Shown here: positions 49,154 through 62,349 of the stretch, in pieces
How positions within the stretch are numbered: position 1 is the stretch's first letter
Layout of the letters: every line of letters begins with the position of its first letter
From: Octopus bimaculoides
Lineage: Eukaryota
Direction of reading: 5' to 3'
NCBI RefSeq assembly: GCF_001194135.2
Contig: NC_068988.1
Coordinates: forward strand, 83,408,234-83,472,233
Length of the DNA: 64,000 nucleotides
Program-made: the position numbers and the translations under genes
The notes under the pieces: generated by a model
Told to the model about the DNA's origin: nothing
Databases searched by the model: none
The model's input: the letters and a program-made list of their open reading frames with translations, nothing else

Positions 49154-50277
49154 GTGAGAAAATATATATTCTTATTGTTGAGTGGGTGGCTTTTGTCAAG
49201 CCTATGTTAGTAAGGTAGCTACTGCAGAACATTCAATGGTGTTTAGTGGTGTGGATGGAGCCACATAATCTCTCTGAATGAGTAAGCAAAGTGAATAAAA
49301 TTGGTTTTATATGTCACTGGCATAAGTGTTGAATAGAAGAGTGAACTCTTCTAGCTACAACTACATTGAGAGTTCATAACTGATCACTAGTATAGCAAAA
49401 TACTGAGTATATGGGTTTCTAAACACAGTATGACCTCTGGGTGGTACTGTGAAAAAATTACAGCTTAGTGCTGGGTCTCTAGGTTTGATCTTAACCTTTT
49501 TAACTGTAAATTTTCTTCTCCCCCACCCTCTTTAGTGGAATGACTAAACACTTTAGCATTCAGGTTACTCAATCAAAAGCAATGTTTATTTATTAACATT
49601 CTTGATATGACTGGTTTCAGTGTTAGTTAAGAATTCTTTCATTTATTGTAATTTAACCACTATAGCAATAGTGGGGAATATGTGTGGTATTGATTGGATA
49701 GAGTTTGGTCTGGGGAGTGGGTGAATACTGTTACTTTAACCAAATTTGAGCAGAACTTTCCACCACTGGCACTTATCTATGTTCTATGTCAAGAATGTCC
49801 TGTAGAGTAAATGAGGTATTTTGAAGCTTGTTTTTGCTGGTTAATAACTAGAAGCCATTACTCCATTATAAGAGGATTTAAACTCAGTTCTGCAGTTTAA
49901 TGGCATCTTTATGCAAGGACCCCTGCTGCCAACAGTTGTTAGTATTGTAAGGTACCAGTTTTTACTTTCTCAAAGACAGTATGCTGTACTATGATATATG
50001 AATAATCGACCCTTCAGTTAGCAGCCTAACCTCTTCATGGTTAAATCAATTAAACACTGGTATATCATAAAATTAATAACCACAGTTGACCACAGATTGA
50101 TTATATCAGTAATGGTTTTAAAAGCTTCCTAGATGAGGTGACCTTCTCTACTTTTGTGGAACTTTCTCCTTGATGAGGGCCTACTGTAGTATTACAAGGG
50201 CAGAAATATTGTACAAATTTACAAATCTGTGTCATTTTGAGGTAAAAAAAGTTTTTTTTTTCCTTTCTATTTTTCAG

Positions 50278-50365
50278 GAGCTGGAAGTGGAATCATAAAA
50301 GCATTTGACAGGTTTCTGCGTGGCATTTGGGTCCCAAATAGCAACGAGTTTCTGCAGCCTTCTTT
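50278..50365 (+). CDS. TMEM38: TMEM38 coding exon 4
   Basis: Strong polypyrimidine tract and cag acceptor. Reads (G)AGSGIIKAFDRFLRGIWVPNSNEFLQPS(L). Donor TT|GTGAGT. Phases match exons 3 and 5. Confidence 0.93.
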
Positions 50366-52466
50366 GTGAGTATTTTTGTCTTAACTTATGTGTAGAGCAG
50401 GATAGGTTGATGTAATCGCATTTATAAATAGATTACAACTATGTGTCTTATCTTACTGATTATTCAGAGATTACAATTTAATGTTGTTTATTTCAGCTTT
50501 TGTCATTTTTATCTCTCCAAATACAGTTTCTACTTCTCTATGGCCATCAGTTTTCCATTCTTTCCACTCATCTGCTTCCTCAAGTACATTACGTAGTTAG
50601 CTATGTCATGCAGCTATTATTTTTCTATTAACCATAAACTTCCCCATTGGTTGAAACTACTGTTCTTGACTCTCGATTCGTTAACTTGTTTCCGGTTATC
50701 TCTTAGTCAGTAAGTCTATTTTACAAGATTCATCATCATTGTTTTAATATCCACTTTTCCATGATGGCATAGCTCACAGAATTTGATGAAACAGATTTTC
50801 TGCAGCCAGATGCCCTTTTCACCAAACCTCATCTGTTTCCAAGCAAGGTAACATATCCCTATGACTGGGCATGTTATGGAAGATTGAAAACAAATGATGC
50901 TCCATGTATGACACTTATTTACAACTATCATGCTGTGTCATTCATGCCATGTCAAGACAAGGACACACACATACACGATGAGCTTTGGTCAGCCCAGGGC
51001 TACAGTAGGAGACACCCAAGGTACCATGCAGTGGGACTGAACCTGAAACTATGTGGTTGGAAAGCAAACTTCTAAATCACACAACCAGGCTTGCACCTAT
51101 GATTTACAGTTATAAATTTGGAACATCTGTATATTTATTTTTGAAGAAAGCTTTTTTTTAATAGTTGAATATCTCCTGTCTTACAGCTAACTTTTTTAAT
51201 TGAAACAGTAGGCAGCTGTTATCAGCTAGGTCAGCTCTCTATAATCAAAAAAGATAAATCCTTTCAAGGTGTAGCTTACAGGGAATTTAACATTGCGTCT
51301 TGGAGCAAATTTCCTTCATTGCCTTTATGTAAACATAGAACTCTGTGGAAATAACATTACTCATTGATTTAGCTCAGTAACTGAAATGCTGGTTCATAAA
51401 GTTTTTCGAAGTATATTGGCGACAAAGTAAATACATGACCTGCAACTGAACATTAAATGTGCAGTGTTCACTTGGTGAGTGCTTAACTCACCAGCAGCAA
51501 CAAGAAGGGAGAAGAAACGTTCAGTTAAGTATAGTAGCAGGAACTAGTAGGTTTGTCATGGTCTGCATTTGTATTGATCAAATGGGAAAGGTTTACCTCA
51601 AAATAATGGAAACCAAATTTTCAAAGAGAGTCATCTCTACACTATCTTCTTTGTTGAAAAAAATAATAGATATCACACATACATCAACCAGTTTTTTTTA
51701 ATTAAATATGATTGTTTAATGCCTTTTCTTCATCATTACTAATAACTTGTGTAGATGCAATGTAGCCAAATGGTTAATAAGTCCGCTTCACGATCACAAG
51801 GTGTTAGGTTTGGTTTCACTGCATGGCATCTTGGCAAGTGTCATTTTCTATAGCCTCAAGTTGGCTTGTGTTTTGAATGAAAATTGGTAGACAGAAACTG
51901 TGTGGAAGCCTGTTGGATATTTTATACCTATGATTCAAAGGTCCAGTGTTGTCATCATCCTCATTTAACATCTGTTTTCCATGCTGGCATGAATTGGACA
52001 TTTTGACAAGCTGAAGAGCTGTCTGGGCTCCATGTCTGTTTTGGCATGGTTCTACTGCTGGATGCCCTTCCTTATGCTAACCACTTTGGAGTGTACCAGG
52101 TGCTTTCTTGTGGCTGCAGCATGTGTGCTTTTTACATGGTACCAGCACCCACAAGCCCACAAGATTAGGATCACTCAGCTGAAAAGGGATGTAGGGAACA
52201 TGCCTATATGCAAGGACAACCACTACCTGAGAATTTACATTGAGGACACATGGCTGTGGAATACTCTACCTTTTAACATCTGTTTTTTCTATGCTGGCAT
52301 ACTAATCTAATGAACAAGTAATTTAGCCAGTCAAACAATTGAACACTCATGGTCAGAACTTCTGGCTAAGATTCATTTATTTATTGTTCACCAATAATTA
52401 TTATTGTTAAATTCTTTATATTTTACTATAAATACTGATGTACTATGTTTCTATCATGTATTTCAG

Positions 52467-52749
52467 ATACACAAAAGCTTGCTTGATTGCATCAATAATT
52501 TTTGTGCTGGAAAAAACCAGTGTGATTGAAGCTCCACATGCAGTGATCTACTTTGGTGTCGTCATTTTCTTTGTTTACTTCAAACTGTCCTCACTTCTCT
52601 TTGGAATCCATGACCCTTTTGTTCCATTTGAGAACCTATTCTGTGCGATATTCCTTGGTGGAATGTGGGATGCCATGCGTCGCGCTATCAGCAGCAGCAA
52701 GTCATCTGATGACTCTGGCAAAAGCAAGTCAGAGAAGAAGAATGATTAG
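52467..52749 (+). CDS. TMEM38: TMEM38 coding exon 5 (terminal)
   Basis: Acceptor tttcag. Reads YTKACLIASIIFVLEK...GIHDPFVPFENLFCAIFLGGMWD...EKKND-stop. Spliced CDS is 130+160+185+88+283 = 846 nt = 281 aa plus stop. Confidence 0.95.
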
Positions 52750-52920
52750 AACTTGAAATCAGGAATAGTGGCAAAAACATGGGTGGGAGATAGTAATTGG
52801 TATGTTTTTTTTTTAGTTTTTTTTTTTTTTTATTGCAAGAAGTATTCAAGTTGGGCAGGGGATTGTCATCCGCAAGCACAATATAGGGGTGCCTAACATA
52901 GATAACTATATATGTATATG

Positions 52921-52951
<31 letters not shown>

Positions 52952-53906
52952 NNNNNNNNNNNNNNNNNNNNNNNNNNNNNNNNNNNNNNNNNNNNNNNNN
53001 NNNNNNNNNNNNNNNNNNNNNNNNNNNNNNNNNNNNNNNNNNNNNNNNNNNNNNNNNNNNNNNNNNNNNNNNNNNNNNNNNNNNNNNNNNNNNNNNNNNN
53101 NNNNNNNNNNNNNNNNNNNNNNNNNNNNNNNNNNNNNNNNNNNNNNNNNNNNNNNNNNNNNNNNNNNNNNNNNNNNNNNNNNNNNNNNNNNNNNNNNNNN
53201 NNNNNNNNNNNNNNNNNNNNNNNNNNNNNNNNNNNNNNNNNNNNNNNNNNNNNNNNNNNNNNNNNNNNNNNNNNNNNNNNNNNNNNNNNNNNNNNNNNNN
53301 NNNNNNNNNNNNNNNNNNNNNNNNNNNNNNNNNNNNNNNNNNNNNNNNNNNNNNNNNNNNNNNNNNNNNNNNNNNNNNNNNNNNNNNNNNNNNNNNNNNN
53401 NNNNNNNNNNNNNNNNNNNNNNNNNNNNNNNNNNNNNNNNNNNNNNNNNNNNNNNNTTGAGCAAGTTTCTGATTTAAATCTTTGCAAAAAAAAAATAATA
53501 ATAAAAAGAACAAAAATGGATTTTAGAGAAAGATAAAAGGCAGTCGCAGTGGATGACAGAAGAAAGCCAGTTTTGGTAAAAACATTTCTTTGCCAACAAT
53601 TTCTGTCTCTTTTATCTTCTCTAAGTATATATTTCTTTATTGTTGTCACTATTAAAAAACTCATGTCATTGTTCAGAATAAAATGCTGTCCCTCCACTAC
53701 ACACACACACACGCACAAACGCACAAATTAAAAACATACTAAAGACTGTCAAAAGAAACCAAAGTTACTATGATTTCTCTGATATATCCCCACCCTGTTA
53801 TTTTTTCCAGGTTATTTGATGATAGCGATTTAAATTTAGTCTTACTCCAGGCAATCATTCACATACATGGAGATCATATTCTCTATATATATATATATAT
53901 ATATAA

Positions 53907-54211
53907 ATGTGCTGTGCGTGAGAAGACCTGGCAAGCCAAGTGAGATCGTTGCCAGTGCCCCTGGACTGGCTCTTGTGCGGATGGCACATAAAAGACACCA
54001 TTTCGAGTGTGGCCGTTTTCGTGCGGGTGACACGTAAAAGCACCCACTACACTCTCTGAGTGGTTGGCGTTAGGAAGGGCATCCAGCTGTAGAAACTCTG
54101 CCAAATTAGATTGGAGCCTGGTGTTGCCATCCGGTTTCACCAGTCCTCAGTCAAATTGTCCAACCCATGCTAGCATGGAAGGCGGACGTTAAACGATGAT
54201 GATGATGATGA

Positions 54212-54213
<2 letters not shown>
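53907..54213 (+). mobile_element. RTE LINE-derived 3'-end copy ending in (GAT)n
   Basis: Starts with TGCTGTGCGTGAGAAGACC, shared with about 46382-46400, and ends CCATGCTAGCATGG...(GAT)n. Related copies at about 25112-25318, 35875-36030 and 43680-43856 (+), and 37388-37705, 51950-52160 and 63765-64000 (-). A variant occurs at about 26825, 29285, 31290, 40400, 50730 and 56820. Confidence 0.8.
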
Positions 54214-54281
<68 letters not shown>

Positions 54282-55564
54282 GTATATATATATACACATG
54301 TATATATATATACACATGTATATATATATACACATGTATATAGAATATGTATGCACATATGGTGCACCAGCATGACCGCAGCCACTTGGCTGAAACACAT
54401 AAATAAATAAATAAATATACATATAGTGTGTGTATGTGTAAAATTAAAGATTAGAAGCTCCTCCTTTCAGTAACCATAGACAAGAAGTGTAAAGTACCAT
54501 CTGTGTGCATGTGGAGACTGAATATTATGAGAAAATGTTTCCTGAAGAAGCTTAGCACCCCCACCCCCACCCATATATATGAAGGCTTAGTGATTATGGT
54601 GTTGCACTTGTGATTGCAAGATCATGGTTTCGATTCCCAGATTGGGTGTTGCCTTGTGTTCTTGAGCAAAACACTTTGTTTCCTGTTGCTTTGCAATCAT
54701 CTTGTCATCTGACATATGGCACCTGTACAGGTAATGTCTGTTTGATGGAGAGAGTGAGTTTATGCAAGCATAAACATTTATCTAACGATAGGAGAGTCCA
54801 TGATGTGTGTGTTACTCTAAGACTAACTTCATTTTACTGCTGATTGAGTTATAATCTCTGAATAAATATTGCTAATGAGTGCCAGACACTTGCACTGCTG
54901 GATTCTAACATAGACATGGAAGCCATATTTGTTGTTCTTCCATCAAGTGTATCAGGGTTAGAATAACTTGATTGATCTTATTAAGCAGATATTAGTCTTT
55001 TTAATTACATATAAAAAAAATGTTGCAACTAAGGCACAGTGTTTACTCACATATACACACGCATTCTTTTGGCAGAAATTTTTATGCGTGTGTAGAACAT
55101 CAAACACTCATACATGCTATGCACACACATATATACATCATATATACATTGCATTTACATTGTTCTAAATTAAAGGAAGTTAAAATTACTTCCTTACATC
55201 ACGAGTCCTTCACTTGGCCAGTTTTGATATTTGACATATTTGTATGTAAAGAGTCTTAAGTCTCTCAACAAAGAATACACTTTTTTTTACTGATCTCTTC
55301 AGCTCTAATTATTCTTTCCTAGTTTCCTTTTACATTATCTTATTTTTATTTTGTTTATACATATTAAATGTCCATCTATTTGCAGCTTCACAGAATATTT
55401 TTTTAAAATTCCAGTTGTGAAAGAAAATATGTCTATCTTCTTTTCTTTTTGGGCTTGATTTGTTCCCTTATGTTTGTATGTTTAACTTGTTTGAGTTTTC
55501 CTTTACACAGTGACATTGAAGAGAAATTATTTCTACTTATCATCTTGAACTCTTTGAACTGACA

Positions 55565-55935
55565 TCAATGTTCTGAGCTCAAATTCCACTGAGGTCGACT
55601 TTGCCTTTCATCCTTTTGGGGGTCATAAATTAAATACCATGTGTGTACTAGGGTCAATCTAACTGACTGGCCTCCTCCCTCAAAATTTCAGACCTTGTGC
55701 CTGTAGTAAAAAAGATTATTATTAAAGGTAGCAAGCTGGCAGAATCGTTACTGCACCAAACAAAATGCTTAATACTTCTATCTTTATGTTCTGAGTTCAA
55801 ACGGTGCTGAGGTCAACTTCACTTTTCATCCTTTTGGGGTTGATGAAATAAGTACCAGTTGAGTGCTGGGGTCAGTGTAGCTGACTCACCCCTTCCCATT
55901 TCTGGCCTTCTGCCAAGATTTTAACCATTATTATT
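55565..55935 (+). mobile_element. SINE family B, two tandem copies
   Basis: Same unit with an ATT tail. Confidence 0.78.
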
Positions 55936-56057
55936 ATTGAAACCCAACTGCTACTGTTAGGTCTTTAGCACCACTACTTACCCCGCTTTTACAAAAAAAA
56001 AAAAATGTCTTGTAGCTGTTTAACTTGTGAGTTCTTGATATTTTATTGTCCTGTGTA

Positions 56058-56109
<52 letters not shown>

Positions 56110-58539
56110 CATTGTTTTCTTTGCAGCTAATACCATTCTTGTTGTATATTTGTGTGTTCTAACCTTTTCTAGCCAGGTCTGTGTTAAGCAATTACTGTTC
56201 AAGTGTGTGTGTGAGTGCATTATCCTAATTTGATTGAAAGTCTATTAACTCTTTTAATGTTGAACTATTCATATTCTATGTCTGGTCTGGTTAGTACAAG
56301 GACAGAATGTAATTCATTTGCTATGGTAAAAGACGAACACCAATCACAAACCATTTCTAAATCCTTTAAACACTCTTCCTTTAAGGCTACACATTCATTT
56401 CTATTGAAATAGACTGAATGAATTTTGATAACTATGAAAGGTTGTCCACCCTACATGTTTATCTAATCACATGAAAGATGGCCACAGAAATGTCCATGAT
56501 CTCATTTAATTTTCCTTTTCTTAGCACAGAATCTATATTTAAGTTACAGGAGCTGTTGAAATGCAAACAGCTCAATATTAAATTGGTCAATGATTGTTCT
56601 TGTATGTTCAGACTTTGTATTATTAATCTCTGTACTCTAATTACACACAGACAATATACATTTCTTGCATCCACTACTTCTTTTAAAATTATATTTCTGT
56701 TCTTTTAGAGCCCCCTCCCTACATAAGACACATTTTATTTACCATTTAATAAGAACTTCAAATAAAATTTTTCAAAGATCTATCCATACCCAAAATCGTT
56801 TTTGTCTTTCTTTTCATCATCATAGTTTTATTGTCCACATTCCCACGTTTGCAAGATTTAGATAAAATTCAATGAAGCAGATTTTTTATGACTGGACACC
56901 CTTCTTGTTACAGCCCTCACTTGCTTCCCTTGATCCATTGAACAGGAACAGCACAATATCTGGGCATATTTTTGCTGAAGATTGCAAACAAGACTACTCA
57001 TGATGATGACATTCTTTTTCAATTAGCATGCAATGTCAAGACAAGGAGACAGGAACACATACACCTTTTCTTTAGAAGCCAGAATAATTTCTTTAAATTG
57101 TTTATTTAATGATAATATAAATTTGGCATTTAGAAAAACTTTTGTATATATGAAAAAAAAAAAGAAACAGATCTATTTCTCTTCTTGAATCTAGTAAGAT
57201 CTTATTTTCAGATTTTAAACTCTGGTTTGACTTTACAAAGGAAAAAAAATGAAAGGGGGAAATGTATTTTTACAATACTTTCTATAATGTATCAATTTAA
57301 TGTTGCTGTTTGTTGAACAGATGCCAAAACCTATCTGGATCAGAAGAAAGTTACTTTTCTGTAGAAAGTATCTTAAACCAGGTAGATTTGTCTCTTTTAA
57401 GTAGTGACTTTTGGGAAATTATGGAAAGAGATTCACATTTTTATTTTCTCTCTCTCAGATCTTAGCATTTAAAAAATTTTAGCATTTAATCCAGCACAAA
57501 TATTCCACCTATGTTAAAACTGGCCAAATCCAACTTCTCATACCTACTCTACACTGTTATTCTAAAAATATACAACCATTGAAGTCTTGAAGCTAAAAGG
57601 TATGCATGATTAATTCAAAACAATGAACAAATAAGCAATACATTTTGACAAAGCAATCTGAACGCCAAAGGGCTAACGTAATCTCTCGATTAGCTAGCCA
57701 TCTCTAAGGCAAGGGGAAAGAACTGTCTTGCCAGGAATTCATGTTAAGTTTTTCAAACGTGAGGGGAATAAAATATATTATCTTAGTGATTATTGATTTT
57801 TTTTCCTTAATTTTTAAATTCAATTCTGTATGTGTGAGCATGGATTTGGCTCACCTTTGAGAAATTTCTGGAACAGCATCATTTAGCGTATTCCCAGCTG
57901 CCCTTGATACATTGGTGTCAAAACTGAGTGAGTTCTACATGAAAATAATTAACAGGTGTTGTCATACATGTGGCATATGAAAATCCAAACATAGTGTCTC
58001 ATTATGTGACAATGCTAATAAAAAAACAATAGAACTAAATCTCAAACATTTTCCCTCTTACCCTCCGAGTTTTATTCCATGTAAAGCCACAATTCTTATT
58101 TCTTACTCTAAATTGTGCTTAGTTATCTCCCTTGACTATGGGGTAGGTTCAAAACAAAAGCATCCATAAGTTTAGATGGATTTAACTTCACAATTCTCTC
58201 TCTTCTTGTAATCCTTTTATTGAGTTTAACATTTTAAGATCAAATTTTATATTTGTAACTTTACACCTTCAGTCATAATGATATCAATATTCCTATACTT
58301 TAATAAACTTTCCCATGGTTGTGAGCACAAAGATTAAGGCAGTGGAGTATTAGAGGTTTGAGATCAATTGACTAATGTTATTGCATTTAAATATAGCAGG
58401 TGCAAGTGGAGAATTTATTTTGCTTTTAACCCCTTCACAAATGACAAAATAAGTATAAATCATGTGCTTCACTTGAGTCAAATGATTAGTTCTTCCTTAC
58501 AATGCTGCAGCTTTGAAACAATCTGAGAAACTATTGTGT

Positions 58540-60150
58540 TCTGGGTTCAAATACCACTGAGGTTGACTTTGCCTTTCATCTTTTCAGGCTCAACAAAATA
58601 AGTACCTCTAGCTGCTAAAATTTGAAACCATTATTAAGTAGACTTTGAGCCAGCAGAAAGCTTGCTGGACAAAAATGCTTAGCCACATTTCATCCATCTT
58701 TACATCCCCGAGTTCAAATTCTGCCATGGTCAACATCATCTTTCATAGTTTTGGAGTCAAAAACAGGTTGATGTAATTGACTTCCTCCTCCCCTCAAAAC
58801 CTTTGGCCTTGTACCTAAATTAGAAAAGATTATAACCATTATTATTGAACTGGCAGAATCATTAGCATGCCAGGCTAAATGCTTAGCAGCATTTCATCTG
58901 TCTGTATGCTCTGAGGTCAACTTTGTGTTTCATCCTTTCAAGATTGATAACAATAAGTACCAATTGAACACTGGGGTCGATGTAATCGACTCATCCCCAC
59001 CCCCAAAATTGCTGCCCTTGCAGCAAAATTTGAAACCATTATTATTAAGGTGGTGAGCTGGCAGAATTGTTAGCATGCTGGACAAAATGTTTAGCAGTAT
59101 TTCGCCTGTCACTATGTTCTGAGTTCAAATCTAGCTGAGGTCAACTTTGCCTTTCATCCTGTCGGGGTTAATAAAATAAGTACCAGTTGAACATTGGGAT
59201 CGATGTAATCGATTCGTCCCCACCTCCTACAAGCTGCCCTTGTGGAAAAAATTTGAAATAATAATTATTATTATTGAGTGGTGGGGTGAGGCAGCGAGCT
59301 GGCAAAATCATTAGCACGCTGGGTGAAATGCTTCGCAGTATTTCGTCTGTCTTCACGTTCTGAGTTCAAATGCCGCTGGGGCAGACTTTGCCTTTCATCC
59401 TTTTCAGGGTTGACAAATTAAGTACTGGCAAAACACTGGGTTTGATGTAATCGACTTACCCCCCAACCCCCAAATTTCAGGCCTTGTGCTTATAGTAGAA
59501 AGGATTATCATTGAGTGGTGGAGATTGTCAGACTATCAGAGAAAATACCTTGTGACATTTGTTTTGACATTTTATGTTCTGTGTTCAAATGTCACTGAGG
59601 TCAATGTTACCTTTCATCCTTAAGGGATCAATAAAATAAAATATCAGTCAAGTACTAGGGTTGACAGTACTGACTATTCCCTCTCCCTTCAAAATTGTTG
59701 GCTTGTACCTACATTTGAAATAACAGTAATAGTAATAATTCTTTCTGATTTTGGCATAAGACCAGCAATTTTGAGGGAAAATGGAAAGTCAATTACAATA
59801 ACCCCAGTATTTGACTGGTGCTTTACTTTAGTGACCTTGAAAGAATAAAGGCAAAGTTGAACTCAGAACATAGACAACTGGAAGAAATGCCACTAAGCAT
59901 CTTTTTATGTTCTAACGATTCTACTTGCTCACTTCCTTAAAAATAATCCTTTCTACTGTAGGCACAAGGCCTGAAATTTTGGAGGAGAAGTGGTGTGTGG
60001 CGGGAGCTTATTGATTACATTGACCCCAGTGCTCAACTGGTACTTATATCGTTAACCCCCAAAGAAGATGAAATAAGTATCAGTTGAGGTCTATGTAATT
60101 GACTATCCCCCCCACCACCAAAAGTTTTAGGCCTTGTCTATAGAAAGAAT
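58540..60150. mobile_element. SINE family B array: about six direct units, two inverted units and one partial unit
   Basis: Central or B-box motifs recur at about 58545, 58710, 58910, 59120, 59360 and 59580 (+). Reverse-complement units at about 59740-59940 and 59960-60060. Confidence 0.82.
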
Positions 60151-60155
60151 GATAA

Positions 60156-60633
60156 CTGTAACAAATTTATTTTGTCTTTGTCCAGTAAGTGTTATTTCCT
60201 ATTTGTTTTTATCTAGAAATCAAACGAAATTACAACTATTCCCTTCAAACTTTGCTTTTGTGACCGGGACATCAATGTTTTGAAACTGACCTATTTTCCA
60301 TTACATTTCAGACAGATTCAGTGCTGAGTTGCTGAAGCAGAAATATCATTATAACAAGTATTCTGCTCAATACAATAGACTTGTTTATCAGTTGCGTGAC
60401 TATAGCCGCTTGAGCATGTCCCTAAGTTGCTGACAATATGTGCATCTTTGATCATGAGCGGGAGTTGTTGGGGAGCATCACAGCCATGTGTTGAGAGGGA
60501 CTCTTTGGGGTTTGAATAAATGAAAAAAAAAGGAAAGTTTGGAGGAAATATTAGCCACTTTTCATATTTTCTAGAGGTAAGTAAGTACAAAATAACAGTT
60601 CTTACCCAAGGACAAAAATCATGTTACACAGTG
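60156..60633. mobile_element. Chapaev3-like MITE, copy 3
   Basis: Same family. Right end TGTTACACAGTG followed by TAA, with TAA also before the degenerate left end. Confidence 0.65.
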
Positions 60634-61305
60634 TAATGAGCTTATTGTATACAGTATGAGGTGCACAACTTACAAGAAAAGGATAAAAGAAGGGATAGAG
60701 AGCCGTCATATAAGCCAAGTATAAAGGAAGACAGCATTGAAAGCCAAAAATACATGCACAGTACACAGAACAAAACAGTAAAAGAGCCATAAAGAGGAAA
60801 GGGTGTATAGGTATGTTAGGAGTGGTGTTGGCAAATTCCAGAAAGCATGGAATTTTTGAAGAATGCAGTGTCCTGACAGCTAACAAAAATCACATGTAGT
60901 TTATTCGACAATTCTGAGCATGAAAGAATGTTTCTAAAAGTCATGGGTGCCATGTAGGTGTTATTTCATTGTTTGGTTTGTTTGAATTAACTGGTGGAGT
61001 TTTGTTTGATCAGTAGCAACCAAAATGTAGTCAACATCTGAGGTCACACATTGTAAAGGAGATATTTTTAATCAATAATTTGATCCTAGTTCTTGTTTGA
61101 TACCTATTTTATCAATCCTCCTCCACCTTCTCCCAGGCTCAAAAGACATACTTAAATACACACTCAGGACATGTAACATATTTAAACTATTACATTGTAC
61201 CCTACATCAAAAACTACTACAGTTCAGAGATGAACATGTGGAAGAGATCTCCAGTGAGATCTCTTAGTCATATTCAGACATTTTATTCTTTTTAATAGCT
61301 CAGTC

Positions 61306-61618
61306 CAGTGGTTCTCAACTAGGGTCCATATAAAATTTTGGGGGTCCATGCAAGAATAAAATGTAAATTGGGAATCTATAGTAGTATTTTAAGAGCCCAT
61401 AAAAAAGGTTTGATTTAGATGTATTTATTGCAAGAAACATCAATGTTTATTTCTCAAACGTTTTACATAGTTCAAACAACACAAGTTAATATCTGAAAAA
61501 CAAAATAAGAATTTTGAAAGAGGTATCTATAAAGCTAAACATTGAATAGAGATGTGTGTCCACCAGAATAAAATAGTAATCAAAGGAGTCCATAGATTAA
61601 AAAATGGCTGAGAACTTA
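61306..61618. mobile_element. hAT (Charlie-like) MITE
   Basis: Left terminus CAGTGGTTCTCAAC, degenerate right terminus GGCTGAGAAC. Confidence 0.65.
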
Positions 61619-61929
61619 GTTAAAGGAAGAAAAGCAGTATCTATGATATTTTTCAGGTCTCCTAAGACTAAAGGGAGCAAGTTAACCACAGCCTGAAACC
61701 TAGGTAGAAAACTTGGAAATGATGCTAACTCCAAATTTTACTACCACCCTATATGCCATAGGACTCTCCATGACTACACAACAACAACATTAATCAGAAA
61801 TAAAGATCTCTTACATCACAACTACCGTAATAAAAAACAAACATACAAACATATGTAATTATAAGAAAGTAGGTTTATTTCAGGAGCATTATTTACAAGT
61901 GTGGCCAAGGATGTAATGTATTAAGATAA

Positions 61930-62139
61930 TTATCGCATCATCACATAATTAGATGGTAGTGTAATTATAGTCTTTTTAGTAGTAGTTGTAGTAGTAGTAG
62001 TAGTAGTTGTTGTTGTTGTTGTACTGCTATCTGAAGAACTGTTTTTCAATTTTTTCACTTCTGCTAATGACATTGCTGAAATCTGCACGCTCTTTATAGG
62101 TTTTGAGTTAATGTCATTTATATCCTTAATGGTATTGTT

Positions 62140-62172
<33 letters not shown>

Positions 62173-62349
62173 TTCTTCTTCTTCACTTAAGATCTCTCGG
62201 ACGTTTGAATTGGTGTTTGTGTTTTTTTCAAGTTCTGTCGTAATGTGTTTCTTTTGTTCCAGCAGAGTGCAGGCCCATTTAAGGTCATCTTCCCACAGTT
62301 CTTGAACACAGGGATTGAGATGAACGGCCTTGCTGAAAGCTCGTACAGC
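61930..62349 (-). CDS. TTC33: TTC33-like tetratricopeptide repeat protein, terminal coding exon (upstream exons not found in the window)
   Basis: AVRAFSKAVHLNPCVQELWEDDLKWACTLLEQ resembles the TTC33 C-terminal TPR/cap motif (P..E.W.EDL.WA..L). It is followed by an acidic low-complexity tail ending LPSNYVMMR-stop. AATAAA on the - strand at 61879-61874. The acceptor position is ambiguous (see findings). Confidence 0.72.

Larger units (their letters stand above)
4463..53456. other. Assembly gaps (N-runs): 4463-5081, 7183-8000, 11881-11890, 12668-13087, 21092-21321, 24536-25111, 37244-37284, 52952-53456
   Basis: N characters, mostly flanked by microsatellites or repeats. Confidence 1.

Noticed and set aside
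4237-53724. Long ORFs in the supplied track (e.g. 6999-8210, 12480-13100, 24477-25299, 52688-53724)
   Set aside because: They are open only because they run through N gaps. The one informative piece is the Helitron tail at 4387-4462.
57321-57381. Exon-like 61-nt segment with AG and GT boundaries downstream of TMEM38
   Set aside because: It lies after the stop codon, is not a multiple of three, and has no recognisable homology. It needs transcript evidence.
58540-60150. CRISPR-like repeat-spacer array
   Set aside because: The context is eukaryotic, the units are diverged SINEs of about 200 bp without unique spacers, and no cas genes are present.
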